In this document: positions 51,003-64,000 of the stretch, piece after piece | Position numbering within the stretch: position 1 is the first letter of the stretch | Layout of the letters: every line of letters starts with the position of its first letter | Source: Octopus sinensis | Taxonomy: Eukaryota | Direction of reading: 5' to 3' | Length of the DNA stretch: 64,000 bases | NCBI RefSeq assembly: GCF_006345805.1 | Contig: NC_043019.1 | Location: 7,501,360-7,565,359 of the forward strand | The notes under the pieces: model-generated | What the model was told of the DNA's origin: nothing | Databases searched by the model: none | The model's input: the letters and a program-made list of their open reading frames with translations, nothing else | Translations under genes and position numbers: made by a program

Positions 51003-51085
51003 CCCTTACAGCTGTTTCGATTAAGCCTAAAAATATTAAATAACAATTATTAACATCATTGTATAGGGCAAAATCTCTTCAGAGG
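51003..51085 (-). ncRNA. Candidate type I hammerhead ribozyme with perfect palindromic helix III
   Basis: Minus strand CCT-CTGAAGA-GATT-(49 nt)-AATC-GAAA-CAGCTG-T-A-AGG: intact core, G10.1-C11.1 pair, helix III ACAGCTGT, GUA site between 51007 and 51006, stem I only 3 bp. Confidence 0.6.
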
Positions 51086-51184
51086 TGTAGAAAAAAGATA
51101 TATCGTTAGATCTTTATCTACTGTATTTTAGAATCATCTCAGCAGATACCATCCTTTAACCCCAAAATGAGTATATACATATAC

Positions 51185-51237
<53 letters not shown>

Positions 51238-51251
51238 TACACATATATATG

Positions 51252-51289
<38 letters not shown>

Positions 51290-52568
51290 GAGAGAGGGGC
51301 ATATATATGTTTGTGTGTATGTGTGTGTGTATAAACCGTATACTGCGACAGCAAAATGAAAGTTTGGAGGTATAAGATGGCTGTTACTTCTAGCCTAGTA
51401 TCTTAGGCAACAACCTTGAAATTGCCTTGCAGGCTCCTATTACTTTTTATTATTATTATTATTATTTTTGTTATTCTATGCTCCTGTTTGGTAGATGTAA
51501 CATGAAGTGGTTCTACAAAATTGTTTTAGAACCGAGGGAGAATATTCCGCATCAAAGAATCCATTGTAATTTTCTGCTTCGCACTTCAACAAAGAATATC
51601 ACAGACATTCCATTCCTTTACCTGAAAATAACTTCTCGTTATCTAAAGAACTATTTCTATTTTCAATTCCTCTTGGTGACGCTTTGGATGTCGATACATA
51701 CATACATATATATACACATATATATACATATGTATGCGTATATATATACACATATATGTACATATGTATTTGTATATTTATATATGCATATATATTTGTA
51801 TATTTATATATGCATATATATATATATGATTGCATGCCTAAAGACATTTGTAACTATATATACGTATGTGAGTGAACCTATATGTACATAAATATATATA
51901 TAAAAGTACATTTATATATATATATTTGTATGTATATATATATATATATATTATATATATATACATATATATACATGTATATATACATAAGTACATATAC
52001 GTAAGTACATATACGTAAGTACATATATATATGTATATACACATAAGTACATATATATAAGTACATTATATATATATATATTCTTACATTATATACATGT
52101 ATATCCATACATAGAGAGATAGATAGATAGAGAGAGAGAGAGTTGAGCGAGAGTAAAATTATTTTGTCTATCTCTTTGTATGTATCCCTGGTCGTCCTTT
52201 GAAGTATTCTCATTCATGTGTAACATTACTGCATCAACTACTACTACTACTACTACTTCCACTACTGTTGGTGCTACATGTACGTGCATATGAGTATATC
52301 TATATGTGAGTATGTATATCTGTATGTGTATATTTATATGTGAGTATATATATATATATATATACATACATACACACACACAGAGACAGACATATATGAA
52401 CACGCAACAAACACTGACAGAGATAAACACAAGCGCACACCCACCCAGACAGACGGATAGTTAGGCAGATAGAGACAGACAGACAGGGACGGACAGACAG
52501 ACAGACTGCTTGATTGATAGATAATGAGAGAGTGAAAGGCAAACGTACAGATATGGTGATTGTATATA

Positions 52569-52789
52569 CTATAATCCCTCGACTATCGCGGGTGTTACGT
52601 TCCAAAACCCCCGCGATAGGAAAAACCGCGAAGTAGAAACAGTAATGTGCTGTATACGTTTTTTTTTTTATTTTCATTATTTGTGTAATTTTATTTTATT
52701 ATAAATGCAAAACAACACCACGAAGGAATCGACGTGAGCTTAAATGATAAACGGCGATAGGTGAACAGCGATATGGCGAGGGATTAAAG
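52569..52789 (+). mobile_element. Tigger/pogo-like MITE (Tc1/mariner superfamily)
   Basis: TA|CTATAATCCCTCGACTATCGCG ... CAGCGATATGGCGAGGGATTAAAG|TA: imperfect TIRs with flanking TA. Confidence 0.75.
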
Positions 52790-52849
52790 TAATACAACCT
52801 CCATCGCTAATATATACACACGTATATATGTGAGAATATATCATACACA

Positions 52850-53222
52850 TGGTCGTGTGGTAAGATGCGTGCTTCCCAACCATATGGTTCCGGGTTCAGT
52901 CCCATTGCGTGACACCTTGAGCAAGTCTCTCCTGCTATACACTCACGCCGACCAAAACCTTGTGAGAGAATTTGGTAGACGGAAACTGAAAGAAGCCCGT
53001 CGTGTGTGTGTGTTTGTGCGTCTGCGTTTGTCTCCATCATCGCTTGACAACAGATGTTGATGTGCTTACGAACTTGTAACTTTGCGGTTCGACAAAAAAG
53101 AGAACGATAAAATAAGTACTAGGCTGACAAAGAATAAGTCCTGGGCGGGGTCGATTTGTTCGACTAAAGGCGGTGCTCCAGCACGGCCGCAGTCAAATGA
53201 CTGAAACGAGTAAAAGAGTAAA
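52850..53222 (+). mobile_element. SINE family B, near full length
   Basis: GTGTGGTAAGATGCGTGCTTCCCAACCATATGGTTCCGGGTTCAGTCCC...GGCGGTGCTCCAGCACGGCCGCAGTCAAATGACTGAAACGAGTAAAAGAG. Confidence 0.9.
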
Positions 53223-53941
53223 GGCATACAAGTATACCACCTGAAAACAAAAAACAATTAACAGCAGCTGAAACTAGCTCAAGGTGGCCATAGTTGGTAA
53301 GCGAATGTAAGTGGAACCCTTTATTTAGGTAAAGACTAGCTCAGTGCTGCTACACTCAGGCGAAACATACACGCTAGAATGCGTAACGTTGGCGACTATG
53401 ACTTACCTGCTGATAGTCCGGATGGATTTCCAGCAATGCAATGGATTTAGGAAGGAATAACAACTATGTTTCGTGGTCTGCTACAACAACAGCTCCTTTA
53501 TAGGATCCAGTTAGCCCAAGACATCATCAGGAGGAACCACGTCCGGCTTCGGTCCCTACTCCTCTACGTTTTGACACTATAATCACCTCACCCCCTTGGG
53601 CCAGCATTTAAAATCCATTTTAAGTTAACGCTATGGATTCACGTTTATGGAAGTTTTTTTAACGGTTTCGAAACATCAAGAAAATAATATTCCGCTTGTT
53701 TTACTTTTCAATTTCATTTTCATCTTAAACTGAATTCTTCACCTCGATATTTTAATTTTGGTGCCAAACTATCGAAGACAGAAACGGAGAAGCGAAGTAA
53801 AACAAACGCTCAGCAATCGGCATAATCCCAAACATACATACACGCATGCATACACCCACACGTATGCGCACACAAGCAAAAATGCATACGCACACATATT
53901 TATAAATATCCATAGGTATACGTATATGTACAAATATATAA

Positions 53942-53985
<44 letters not shown>

Positions 53986-54251
53986 ATGCATATAAATAGA
54001 TGTATGTATTATGGATGGATTGATGGATGTTTGTATGTATATGGGTGTAGTTATACCCAGTTACACATCCATTCGGCATACACATAGATGTATCTCCTCT
54101 AATTTTCTTTATAGATTATAAATTTCAATTTCTGCTCTCACAAGAAGCACAAATCAAATTCAGAAACAAATATACAAATTCGCAAATAGAAAAATTACGT
54201 AATTTCTCAAAGACATAAACACATTAATACATATAAACAAACCAATAGATA

Positions 54252-54420
54252 TGAAGGAACAAATATCCAAATACAAAAATACAAAAAACGGCAAACATCA
54301 TCCAAATACGTAAATTTGAAAATTTCACAAATACATTTATATACAAAGAAAACGAGGCAAGAGAATGATAAAATAAGAACAAAGAACGAAACATATAACA
54401 AACGAAATGCATATACACAA

Positions 54421-54462
<42 letters not shown>

Positions 54463-54467
54463 ATATA

Positions 54468-54526
<59 letters not shown>

Positions 54527-54779
54527 AAAAGATATATAGATTGTATATGGAATAACATTATAAACACAATATTCGGAAAATTTTGAGTTCATTGAAAAAC
54601 GTTTGATTCTTGTATTTGTTCAAAACTGTAGTAAAATGTTTGTCTTTTGTTTTACGTGATTAATCCATAGATGTCCTTGTTAGAAATTGCCAGGAATGTT
54701 TTCTATGTATACACACTCATCATATTCGAGCGTGCATTTACATATGTGAATATGTGTGTGCCTTTGTATATATATAACG

Positions 54780-54822
<43 letters not shown>

Positions 54823-54905
54823 ATATATAAAATGTATTTGTGAAATTTTCAAATTTGCGTATTTGGATCTTTGCCGTTTTTTGTATTTGGATATTTGTTC
54901 CTTCA
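54252..54905. mobile_element. Putative MITE with long imperfect TIRs (about 87 and 76 bp)
   Basis: 54252-54338 is the reverse complement of 54830-54905 with small indels; outer ends TA|TGAAGGAAC ... GTTCCTTCA|TA. Confidence 0.55.
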
Positions 54906-55141
54906 TATATATATATATATGTATGTACGTATGTATGTATGTATATGTACGTGTAGGCGTATGCATACATGAATATTTATGCTCACAGACACATGCTTGT
55001 AGGCTTGCAAACAGATTTACACATTTTATGAGCTGCAGTAAATAATCAAGTGAAACAGAACTTCGTCACCTGATCAAAGCAGCCACGTTATACATGGAGT
55101 AGCTACATGTGATGTTTTAAATAAAATGTTTAAATGTATTG

Positions 55142-55201
<60 letters not shown>

Positions 55202-55272
55202 CGTGCACGCGCACACACACAGACATGCACACAGACAGGCCAGCACATTCACACACACATATATATGTATAC

Positions 55273-55303
<31 letters not shown>

Positions 55304-55993
55304 TATATATATATATATATATATCAGCAACCAAAAAGAGAAAAAGCAAGAGAACAGTGCGAATCAATTAGACGTCCAGTGGATCTATTATTTTGACACT
55401 CGGTGGGGAAAATAGGAGTGGTAATGAAGATTCGGGCATGGCTATACGTCAATTTCTCCATCTTCTGTTTTTTCACGCGCACACACACACACACATACAC
55501 ATATATATATATATATATATAATTCTTAATGCTAAAATTCTAGAGGTCTTTGTTTGTATCCGAAATATCTCAGAAAGAATACATTTTATCGTAATTTTTT
55601 TGTATGCATATTTATTTTCATACCTACTTTCGCCAGCACAATACAATTTTTCGACCTCTATTTATTAATGAAAAGGATTAAACAAGGCCTCTGTGATGAC
55701 AACACACATACACGCATACAGAATACTGTCACATATAATAAATGTCATGGCGTGTCAATGAACACAAACAGACGTACACTACCGGTGCCATAAACACACA
55801 CAGTCTAAAAAGAACAAACGTCGACTTTTTGTCGTACACAATATTTTAGTCATTCAGAAATATTTATAATTGAATGTGATTTCAAACATGTAAGTTGTTT
55901 GTACAGTAAGTATGTATATTTTAGTTTTCTTTAAACAGACAATATTTTTATGTTTTTTTATTATTATTTTCAAGTTAATGATGTTCTTTCGCT

Positions 55994-56415
55994 TGTCATC
56001 CGAAGTTCGGTAATTTCCGTAAATTTTTTTAAATTATTTTTCTTTTGATTTGAAGTGAAAAAGTGAGGAAAGTGAAAGATGTATGTAGGTGTATATGATA
56101 TGGACATGTGTGTGTGGAAGAGGGAAGAGAGGAAGTGAAGGGTGTGTTATGTATGCGTACATACATCAATACATATGCGTACATCTTTTTTGTATGCAGG
56201 TGTGCATATGTGAGAGAGAGAGACTGACTGACTGAACGTGTGTGTTCTCATGTGTGTGTAAGTGACACTCTCTCTCTCTCTCTCTCTCTCACACACACTC
56301 ACGTCCATTTCATATACACGTCTTTCACTTTTTCCTCTACTTCACTTTAAAACAAAAGTAAATAAATTTAAAAAATACGGAAATTAACGAACAAAACCAG
56401 CTGATCCGGATGACA
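55994..56415. repeat. Old imperfect inverted repeat (arms about 135 bp) around a microsatellite-rich spacer
   Basis: TGTCATCCG..TAATTTCCGT..AAAGTGAAAGATGT..ATATGGAC (about 55994-56130) versus GTCCATTTCATATACACGTCTTTCACTTT..ACGGAAATTA..CGGATGACA (about 56280-56415). Confidence 0.7.
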
Positions 56416-56862
56416 GTCCTGTGAGTCAGAGAGAACGCTTGCTCCAAGAGATACTGTTTTTCAAATGCATTCAATGTATCTCGGTTCCAAAGATTTGGCT
56501 GCTATTTCTAGCACGCTCCGCTACCACGTAACAGCTATTTGCCATGAAGAACCCGAAATAACTGTTACCTGGTAGCAGGGCGTGAAAAAAATAGTAGTCA
56601 AATATTTCCTTTTCTGGGGAAAGGAGCCGTTTACGCATGATTTTGATGTCACATTCATTGAAAGCATGCAAAATAAGCTGGAAAAGAAAAATTATGATCC
56701 ACGAAACAAAACTCCTTTGCTGGGAAACTCAAACTCTCCAGGTGGCGCAACGGTCACCTGTGTGTGTGTCTGTCTGTCTGTGTGTGCGTGTGTGTGTCTG
56801 TGTGTGTCTGACTGTGTGTGTGTCTGTGTATGTGTGTGTGTGTGTCTGTCTGTCTCTCTCTG

Positions 56863-56907
<45 letters not shown>

Positions 56908-57019
56908 GTGCGTGTGTCTGTGTGCGTGCGTGCATGTGTGCATGCGTGTATAGATGCATGTGTCTGTATGCGTGTGTTCGTATGTGTTGCGTGTGAGAGA
57001 GAGAGAAAAACTGTTTCCT

Positions 57020-57190
57020 GTTGGTGTGTTTACGTCCCTGTAATCTAGCCGATCGGCAAATGAGACCGATAGAATAAGCATCAAGCATTAAAACAAGGAA
57101 GGTCAGAGTTTGATTCATTCCACAGAAGATGCTCCAGTATGGCCCCGCAGCACGGATGCCGTCTAATAACGAAAACAATTAAAGGATAAA
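57020..57190 (+). mobile_element. SINE family B tail, diverged
   Basis: TGTTGGTGTGTTTACGTCCCTGTAATCTAGCCGATCGGCAAATGAGACCGATAGAATAAG...GATGCTCCAGTATGGCC. Confidence 0.7.
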
Positions 57191-57449
57191 AGTGGTGTGT
57201 GTGTGTGTTTTCTCTGTACGCATAAGCTTGTTCACTTCTATTTAGTGAATATAATTGCTGATATCAAAACGCAGTAATTCTGTTTTCTCCACCAAAACAT
57301 GGCAAATACCAACAAAATTGAAACAAGAAGCGAAATAAAGGAAAACTCGAAGAAAATTGGTGTAAAAGAAAATAAAACGGGAGAAAGAGAGGGAAAGACA
57401 AAAACAACAGAATGTAAATTGCTATACGAAAATAAAACGGAATACATAC

Positions 57450-57512
<63 letters not shown>

Positions 57513-57789
57513 TGTATGTATATACGAGGAAAACAAAAGGAAATATTACGAGATGGAAGATATAGGAAATATTTGTTGAGAAAGAAGTAAGGAGATTTTT
57601 ATTGGATGATAAAACGATAAAAAAAAACAGGAGTCTTTTCTGTGTATATAATGTGTTTTTATCTACACACGTATACATAATCTGATGCAGCGTTTTCTAA
57701 GTGTATGTATATGTAAATGAACACATATACACGTCTCTTTCTGTTTCTGTCTATCTCTGTCTGTCCTATTCTCTCCATCATTGTATCAT

Positions 57790-57791
57790 AC

Positions 57792-57822
<31 letters not shown>

Positions 57823-58811
57823 CACATACATATATATACACATATATATATATATATACACATACATATATATACACACATATATATATACACACATATA
57901 TATATACATATACATATACATATATATATACATATACACATACATATATATACACATATATATATATATACACATATATATATATACACATACATATATA
58001 TACACACATATATATATACACATATATATATACATATACATATACATATACGTATATACATATATATACATATACATACATGTACATATATACATATATA
58101 CACATATACATATATACATATATATACATATACATATATACATACATGTACATATATACATATATATACATATATATACATATACATACATGTACATATA
58201 TACACATATACATACATGTACATATATACATATATACATATATATACATATACATATATATACATATACATATATATACATATATATACATATACATATA
58301 TACATATATACATATACATATACATAATACTATACATATATATACATATACATATACATACATATACATATACAATACATAATACATATACATACATATA
58401 CATATACATATATAACTATTATACATATAATATACATATACATATATACATATACTATATACATATCATATATACATATATACATATATATACATATATA
58501 CATATATACATATATATACATATACATATATACGTATATATACATTACTACATATATCTACATATACACATATATATACATATACACATATATATACATA
58601 TACACATATATAATATACACATATACACATATACATATATATACATATACACATATAACATATATATACATATACACAATATATACATACATATACACAT
58701 ATAACATATACATATATATATATGTACATATGTGTACACACACATATGTACATAAATATGTATATATATATATACATATATACACATATATATATATATA
58801 CACATACATAT

Positions 58812-58852
<41 letters not shown>

Positions 58853-58860
58853 TATATATA
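57790..58860. repeat. Compound (TA)n/(TACA)n/(TATACA)n microsatellite, about 1.1 kb
   Basis: Alternating purine-pyrimidine array; the source of the 200-300 aa His/Ile/Tyr/Thr ORFs. Confidence 0.95.
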
Positions 58861-60574
58861 AATATGTTCACGTGTGTGCCCGTGTCATCGTGTGAATGTG
58901 TGTTTAATAAATATATATATATCTGTAATAAATGCGTACATATATATGTTTGTGTGTGTGTATGTGTGTGCGGTAAATGTATGTATATACACATATAAAA
59001 TATATATATATGTGAATGTGTATGTATCTGCGTAGAATAAATTATACTTAAATGTTTTACTCGCTCGTATATGTTAGTAAATACATTTCCATGTATGTCT
59101 ACGAGTTTACATACGTAAGTTCATGTTCTTAAAAATTGATTTATTCATATATTCTATGAAATATATACACACATATGTCCAAACATATATTCTATACGCT
59201 CATAATAAACAGAAATATATACAGATGTATTAGAACTTATATGTCTGTGTTTGTGCGTGTGTACGTTTATATTATATATATATATACGCATATACACATA
59301 TATATACACGTTTGTATGCTTATATGTGCATAAATATATATGTATAGATATGTAGCCATATATATATATATATATATACATACACACACACACACACATA
59401 AATATATATATATACACACAAACACACAAATATATATACACACCCACACACATATATATATATATACACACACACACACATATATATATACACACACACA
59501 CATATATATATACACACACACATAAATATATATACACACACACATAAATATATATACACACACACATATATATATATATATATGGTGGTGGTGTATGTAT
59601 ATATGTTGGTGTATACGTCTATGCGTTTATGTATATGCATATAAGTGTGTGAATATGTTGCCTTGTGTGGGTATATGTTATACATAAGCGTATATGCGTA
59701 TATAAATCTGCATATATGTGTATGTGTATTTTGTCTATACGTATACACCTGCGTATGTACACATAGTTTTGATGGACGTAGGTATTTCCTTCATTGTTTA
59801 AGATTAACTGGTACTGGACGGAAAGATGCGGAAATATATTAAAAAACAATATACAGAAAACGATATAACAATTTATAAAGTAATAAATGGCTGCTAAATG
59901 AAACGAGATCGAAAAATAAAATATACGATAACCAAAATGAAAATCTAAACAAATCACAATATATATATATATATATTATATATATATATATATATTATAT
60001 ATGTATGTATGTAGTATGTATGTATATTTATCGCCATACATAAACATCTTGTCTACAACATAAACAAGTATAAATAATAATAAAAATAAAACACGTAGGT
60101 AGATAATAAATAATGTATAGATAAATAGCGAAGAAAAGTGGGAAACAAAGATGGCGGTTTTGTACAAAATAATAGATGTGAGTGGAAAAGAGTAATAATG
60201 ATGGATGCACAATAAGAAGGAAGTCGCTTATTCGCTTTGGTTCTCTTTTCAAAATGGTGAATGTATTGTATGTGAGAAAGCAGATTTCAGTGAGTGCGTG
60301 TGTTTGTGTGAGTGTGTTTGAGTCTATATCTGTGCTTCTGTGTGTGCGTAAATGCTTAAGTGTTTCTCTGTGTATGCTTTTATATGTTTTGTGGTTATGT
60401 CTGTGTAAGTGGGCGAGAGAGAGAGAGAGAGAGAGAAGTAAAGAGAGCGCGTACGTTTGAATGCGGACTGCAGTATTTGTGAATGCATACTTGCATGAAT
60501 GTTAATATATTTTTTTCTAGTTTCAGCTCAGAGCTGCGGCCATGCTGATGCACCGCCGTTTTGTGCTACACTGT

Positions 60575-60870
60575 TATTACTAAGAGCCTCCTCTAATATG
60601 TGGCACTTGGTGAAGAATGGATTTTGGTATAGCTACCCTCATTTGCACCTCTTGCCGTGAGGTAGGTTCATCTGGGACTCTCGACAGGAAGAGGTCCAGC
60701 TTTGATTTAAAAACCCCTACATGTACTTTGTGCAAGTTCCTCAGACACTTTGCGAGAATATTAAAAAGCTGTGGGCACGTGAAATCCAGGCTGTTGCAGT
60801 AACTGGTCCTGAAGTGTGATGGCATTGCTGGGATCTTTGGCACTATGCAGTGTCGTCCCGTTGTCTAGGT
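60575..60870 (-). pseudogene. CR1/L2-group LINE, 3' end of ORF2
   Basis: GRHCIVPKIPAMPSHFRTSYCNSLDFTCPQLFNILAKCLRNLHKVHVGVFKSKLDLFLSRVPDEP matches the CR1-like C-terminal pattern GPxLFNxLP..(I/L)R....FKxxLDxFL..VPDEP. Confidence 0.75.
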
Positions 60871-61195
60871 TTTTGTAGAAGGGTCGTCAGTATGTGTGTG
60901 TGTGTGCTCCGGATGTGTGAGTCAAGACTACATGTATCGGCCCAAACTTTGCTATGAAGTTAAGAAGTTTGGGATTGCTCCCACGTCCATGAACAAACTC
61001 TCATGTACATACACATCACACTGATTCGTGTACGTTGGCTGTGGAGAATCATGAACCATCATTCTGCAAAGTTAGAGAGACAGAGACAGACAGGCAAAAT
61101 GAAAGAGTGCAAGGGGAAGGAGAAAGAAGGGGTCAGCAATATCCATGTGTGTATGTATGTTTGTATATATGTATGTATATAATATAAACATGTAT

Positions 61196-61515
61196 AGGCA
61201 CAGGAGTGGCTATAGGCTCAGGAATGGCTGTGTGGTAAGTAGCTTGCTTACCAACCACATGGTTCCAGGTTCAGTCCCACTGTGTGACACCTTGGACAAG
61301 TGTCTTCTACTATAGCCTCGGGTCGACAAAAGCCTTGTGAGTGGATTTGGTAGACGGAAACTGAAAGAAGCCCATTGTATACATATATATATGATGTGTG
61401 TGTGTCACTCACACCATCGCTTGACAATCGATGCTGGTGTGTTTACGTCCCCGTAACTTAGCGGTTCAGCAAAAGAGACCGATAGAATAAGCACTGGTCT
61501 TATAAAGAATAAGGT
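61196..61515 (+). mobile_element. SINE family B with a duplicated head segment, tail truncated
   Basis: TAGGCACAGGAGTGGC-TATAGGCTCAGGAATGGCTGTGTGGTAAGTAGCTTGCTTACCAACCACATGG... Confidence 0.9.
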
Positions 61516-62032
61516 GGTGGAATAAAAGAATCTAAAGGAATCCAGAGGGCAAAATGTATGTAGAAATTGAGTTATATTCAAAAGAAGCTTATGTTCAAGA
61601 TAGCTTTATATTCAAAACATCTTAGAAGTATTTCGTAAATGAATATATCAGTTATTCAATGTTGTAACACACAATCAGATTACACCATCAAATCATCAGA
61701 GTTTATATATTGAATAAGTATTTGCTTTGGATAAAAGCATATAGATTCAGCAGACATTACATTATAGAATTTCTTTAAAGTGGTTAATATGGTATTGGGG
61801 AGAAAATAGCTTATAACCAAGTGTATGTTATTTCGTTTGTAGTCTATAAGAATAGACACAATCATCTTTAGAGACAAACAAAGTTAGGATTCAAGATGGC
61901 AGAGCTAACGATGAAGATAAGTATAATAATCTGCATCGAAAGTGTATGCTTTATTTGTATCTCTAATACATATCGTATAGCATACGCCAACATATGTATA
62001 TAGAGGCATAAGAATGTACACCTAAATAAATA

Positions 62033-62247
62033 TACTTCTCTACTCTACGCACACGGGCTGAAATTTTATGGGAGAGGTCCAGTCGAGTAAAGCGACACCA
62101 GTGCGCAGCTGGTACTAAATTTATCGACCCCGTAAGGATGAAAGGCAAAGTCGACCTCGGCGGAATTTTAACTCAGAACGTAACGGCAGACAAAATACGG
62201 CTACGCATTTCGCCCGGCGTGCTAACGTTTCTGCCAGCTCACCGCCT
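62033..62247 (-). mobile_element. SINE family A, full length, with a perfect 16-bp target-site duplication
   Basis: TACACCTAAATAAATA at 62017-62032 and 62248-62263; head GGCGGTGAGCTGGCAGAAACGTTAGC on the minus strand. Confidence 0.92.
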
Positions 62248-62263
62248 TACACCTAAATAAATA

Positions 62264-62470
62264 AAGGGCACAAGGAGAGCAACTTCGGCAGGAGTGGGGG
62301 GTAAATCGATTAAACTGACCCCAATATTTCACTGGTACATAATTTATCGATCGCGAAAGGATGAAAGGCAAAGTCGACCTCTGCGGAATTTGAGCTCAGA
62401 AAGTAAAAGCGGATGAAATCCCGCTTAGCATTTTATCCGGCGTGCTAAAGTTTCTTCCAGCTCACTGTCT
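62264..62470 (-). mobile_element. SINE family A, older full-length copy
   Basis: GGATGAAAGGCAAAGTCGACCTCTGCGGAATTTGAGCTCAGAA...CCAGCTCACTGTC; followed by TACACTTAAATA at 62471-62482. Confidence 0.88.
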
Positions 62471-62667
62471 TACACTTAAATATGTACATACAGCGAAATG
62501 AATATTGACATACATTGAAATAAATAAGTTTATGTGTGTGTGTGAGTGAGTGTGTGTGCATACATACAATATACATACAAGATATGGATTTAACTTATCC
62601 GGGAGTACTAACAAAAAATTTCCTTCAGTGGACCAGGCTACAAACTAAATATATTTATTTAACCAGT

Positions 62668-62712
<45 letters not shown>

Positions 62713-63045
62713 TGTATACATATATGTATTATAATTACGTAGATAGGTAGGTAGGTAGGTATATCACCTGTGAATAGTACAAAATTAATATTTACAACGT
62801 TTGAAAAAATCCATCTACCAATATTAATGGAATTCTACATCGATTGCGTAGGCACCATCCTAGTAATGGTGATGATGCTGATCTCTCACAATGGTTCCAG
62901 CACTGAAATACCTGAAAATGATGGAGAATAATGCAACTGATACGCATCAACGCACCTTGTATCTTGAAGGCAACGAAAACATTTTTTCTGTTATTTTGTA
63001 TTTTCGGATCCATTCCATACTCTCTTCATGTATTTGTTTCCGTAC

Positions 63046-63184
<139 letters not shown>

Positions 63185-63419
63185 GTACCCGAAAAGCAAT
63201 ATGTTTCATAGTGATGAATGCTCTTAGAGAGATGCGCGTTATCCTCTCCACACCTAAATTTTCTACCCCGTTGTTGAATATGCATACATACGTATATGCA
63301 CATGCGTATACGTACATGCATTCTACACCCATACACACACACACACCATTCTAGTTAGATATAGAGTCATATACATAATGTGGCATCGGTTCATACTCTG
63401 TATGCCTATTATATATATA

Positions 63420-63463
63420 TGTGCGTATATATATATATATATGTTTCTATGTATGTGTATATC

Positions 63464-63502
<39 letters not shown>

Positions 63503-63532
63503 TATATATATGTTTTCTTGTATGTGTATATC

Positions 63533-63571
<39 letters not shown>

Positions 63572-63660
63572 GTTTCTATGTATGTGTATATCTATGTATA
63601 TATATATATATATATATGTTTATATGTATGTGTATATCTATGTATATATATATATATAAT
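63420..63660. repeat. Minisatellite of about four TATGTTT(C)TATGTATGTGTATATCTATG(TA)n units
   Basis: TGTATGTGTATATCTATGTATATA recurs four times with variable (TA)n spacers. Confidence 0.85.
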
Positions 63661-64000
63661 ATATATACATATATACACACACATATATATATCTTTTTCC
63701 AAAATAAAAAAACTACACTTTGATGCCGTATATTGATTATAATCTTTAGCTGTTTTATTGGATTTTTTTTTTTGTTTCCTTGATTTTTTTTTTCTTTATT
63801 TGTTTTTACCATTTCAAGCCGCATATACTCTCTTGAATATTGTATTCTCTTGCCACAGGGTACAAATCTCAAGTACAATAAACAGACAAACAAAGGCCAC
63901 ATCTACCTACCACCACCACCACCACCCCCACCCAGCACAATCACCACAACTGCAAAAAAAAAATATGGCGAAATCAAATATCAAAGAAAAAAAAAAGAAA

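Noticed and set aside
53455-53536. Minus-strand CTGATGA...GAAAC-ATAGTT-GTT hammerhead-like boxes
   Set aside because: The flanks are direct rather than complementary (no stem I) and the base of stem II is mispaired; at most a decayed remnant.
57659-58994. Longest ORFs in the track (200-307 aa, HIYIYT- or MYVYIC-rich)
   Set aside because: They are read-throughs of a stop-poor (TA/CA) microsatellite in several frames on both strands. The same applies to most ORFs in the track.

Overview
AT-rich eukaryotic non-coding DNA, very likely from an octopus (Octopus sp.). The assignment rests on tRNA-derived SINE sequences I recognise from octopus genomes and on extreme (TA)n/(CA)n/(GA)n/(GATA)n density. 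It looks like a giant intron or intergenic region: I find no recognisable intact protein-coding gene, and almost all ORFs in the track are microsatellite read-throughs. The window holds about 30 tRNA-derived SINE copies or fragments in about five families (my provisional labels A-E), four decayed Tc1/mariner transposase remnants (two mariner-type, two maT/DD37D-like), Tigger-like MITE ends, two RTE-clade LINE 3' fragments, one CR1-like LINE 3' fragment, and several mini/microsatellite arrays. The most interesting unexplained structure is a set of type I hammerhead-ribozyme-like (HHR) motifs with palindromic helix III, the form known from Penelope-like elements. They lie at about 20.7, 29.2, 37.0, 41.0, 41.8 and 51.0 kb. 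Three sit in fold-back palindromes whose symmetry axis lies just 5' of the catalytic-core box. One (29.2 kb) has a full hammerhead topology with the core C3-G8 pair swapped to G3-C8. SINE family A also forms headless ~180-bp concatemers and same-site tandem insertions. Everything was read by eye: coordinates of decayed repeats are approximate, family names need database confirmation, and no ribozyme activity is shown.
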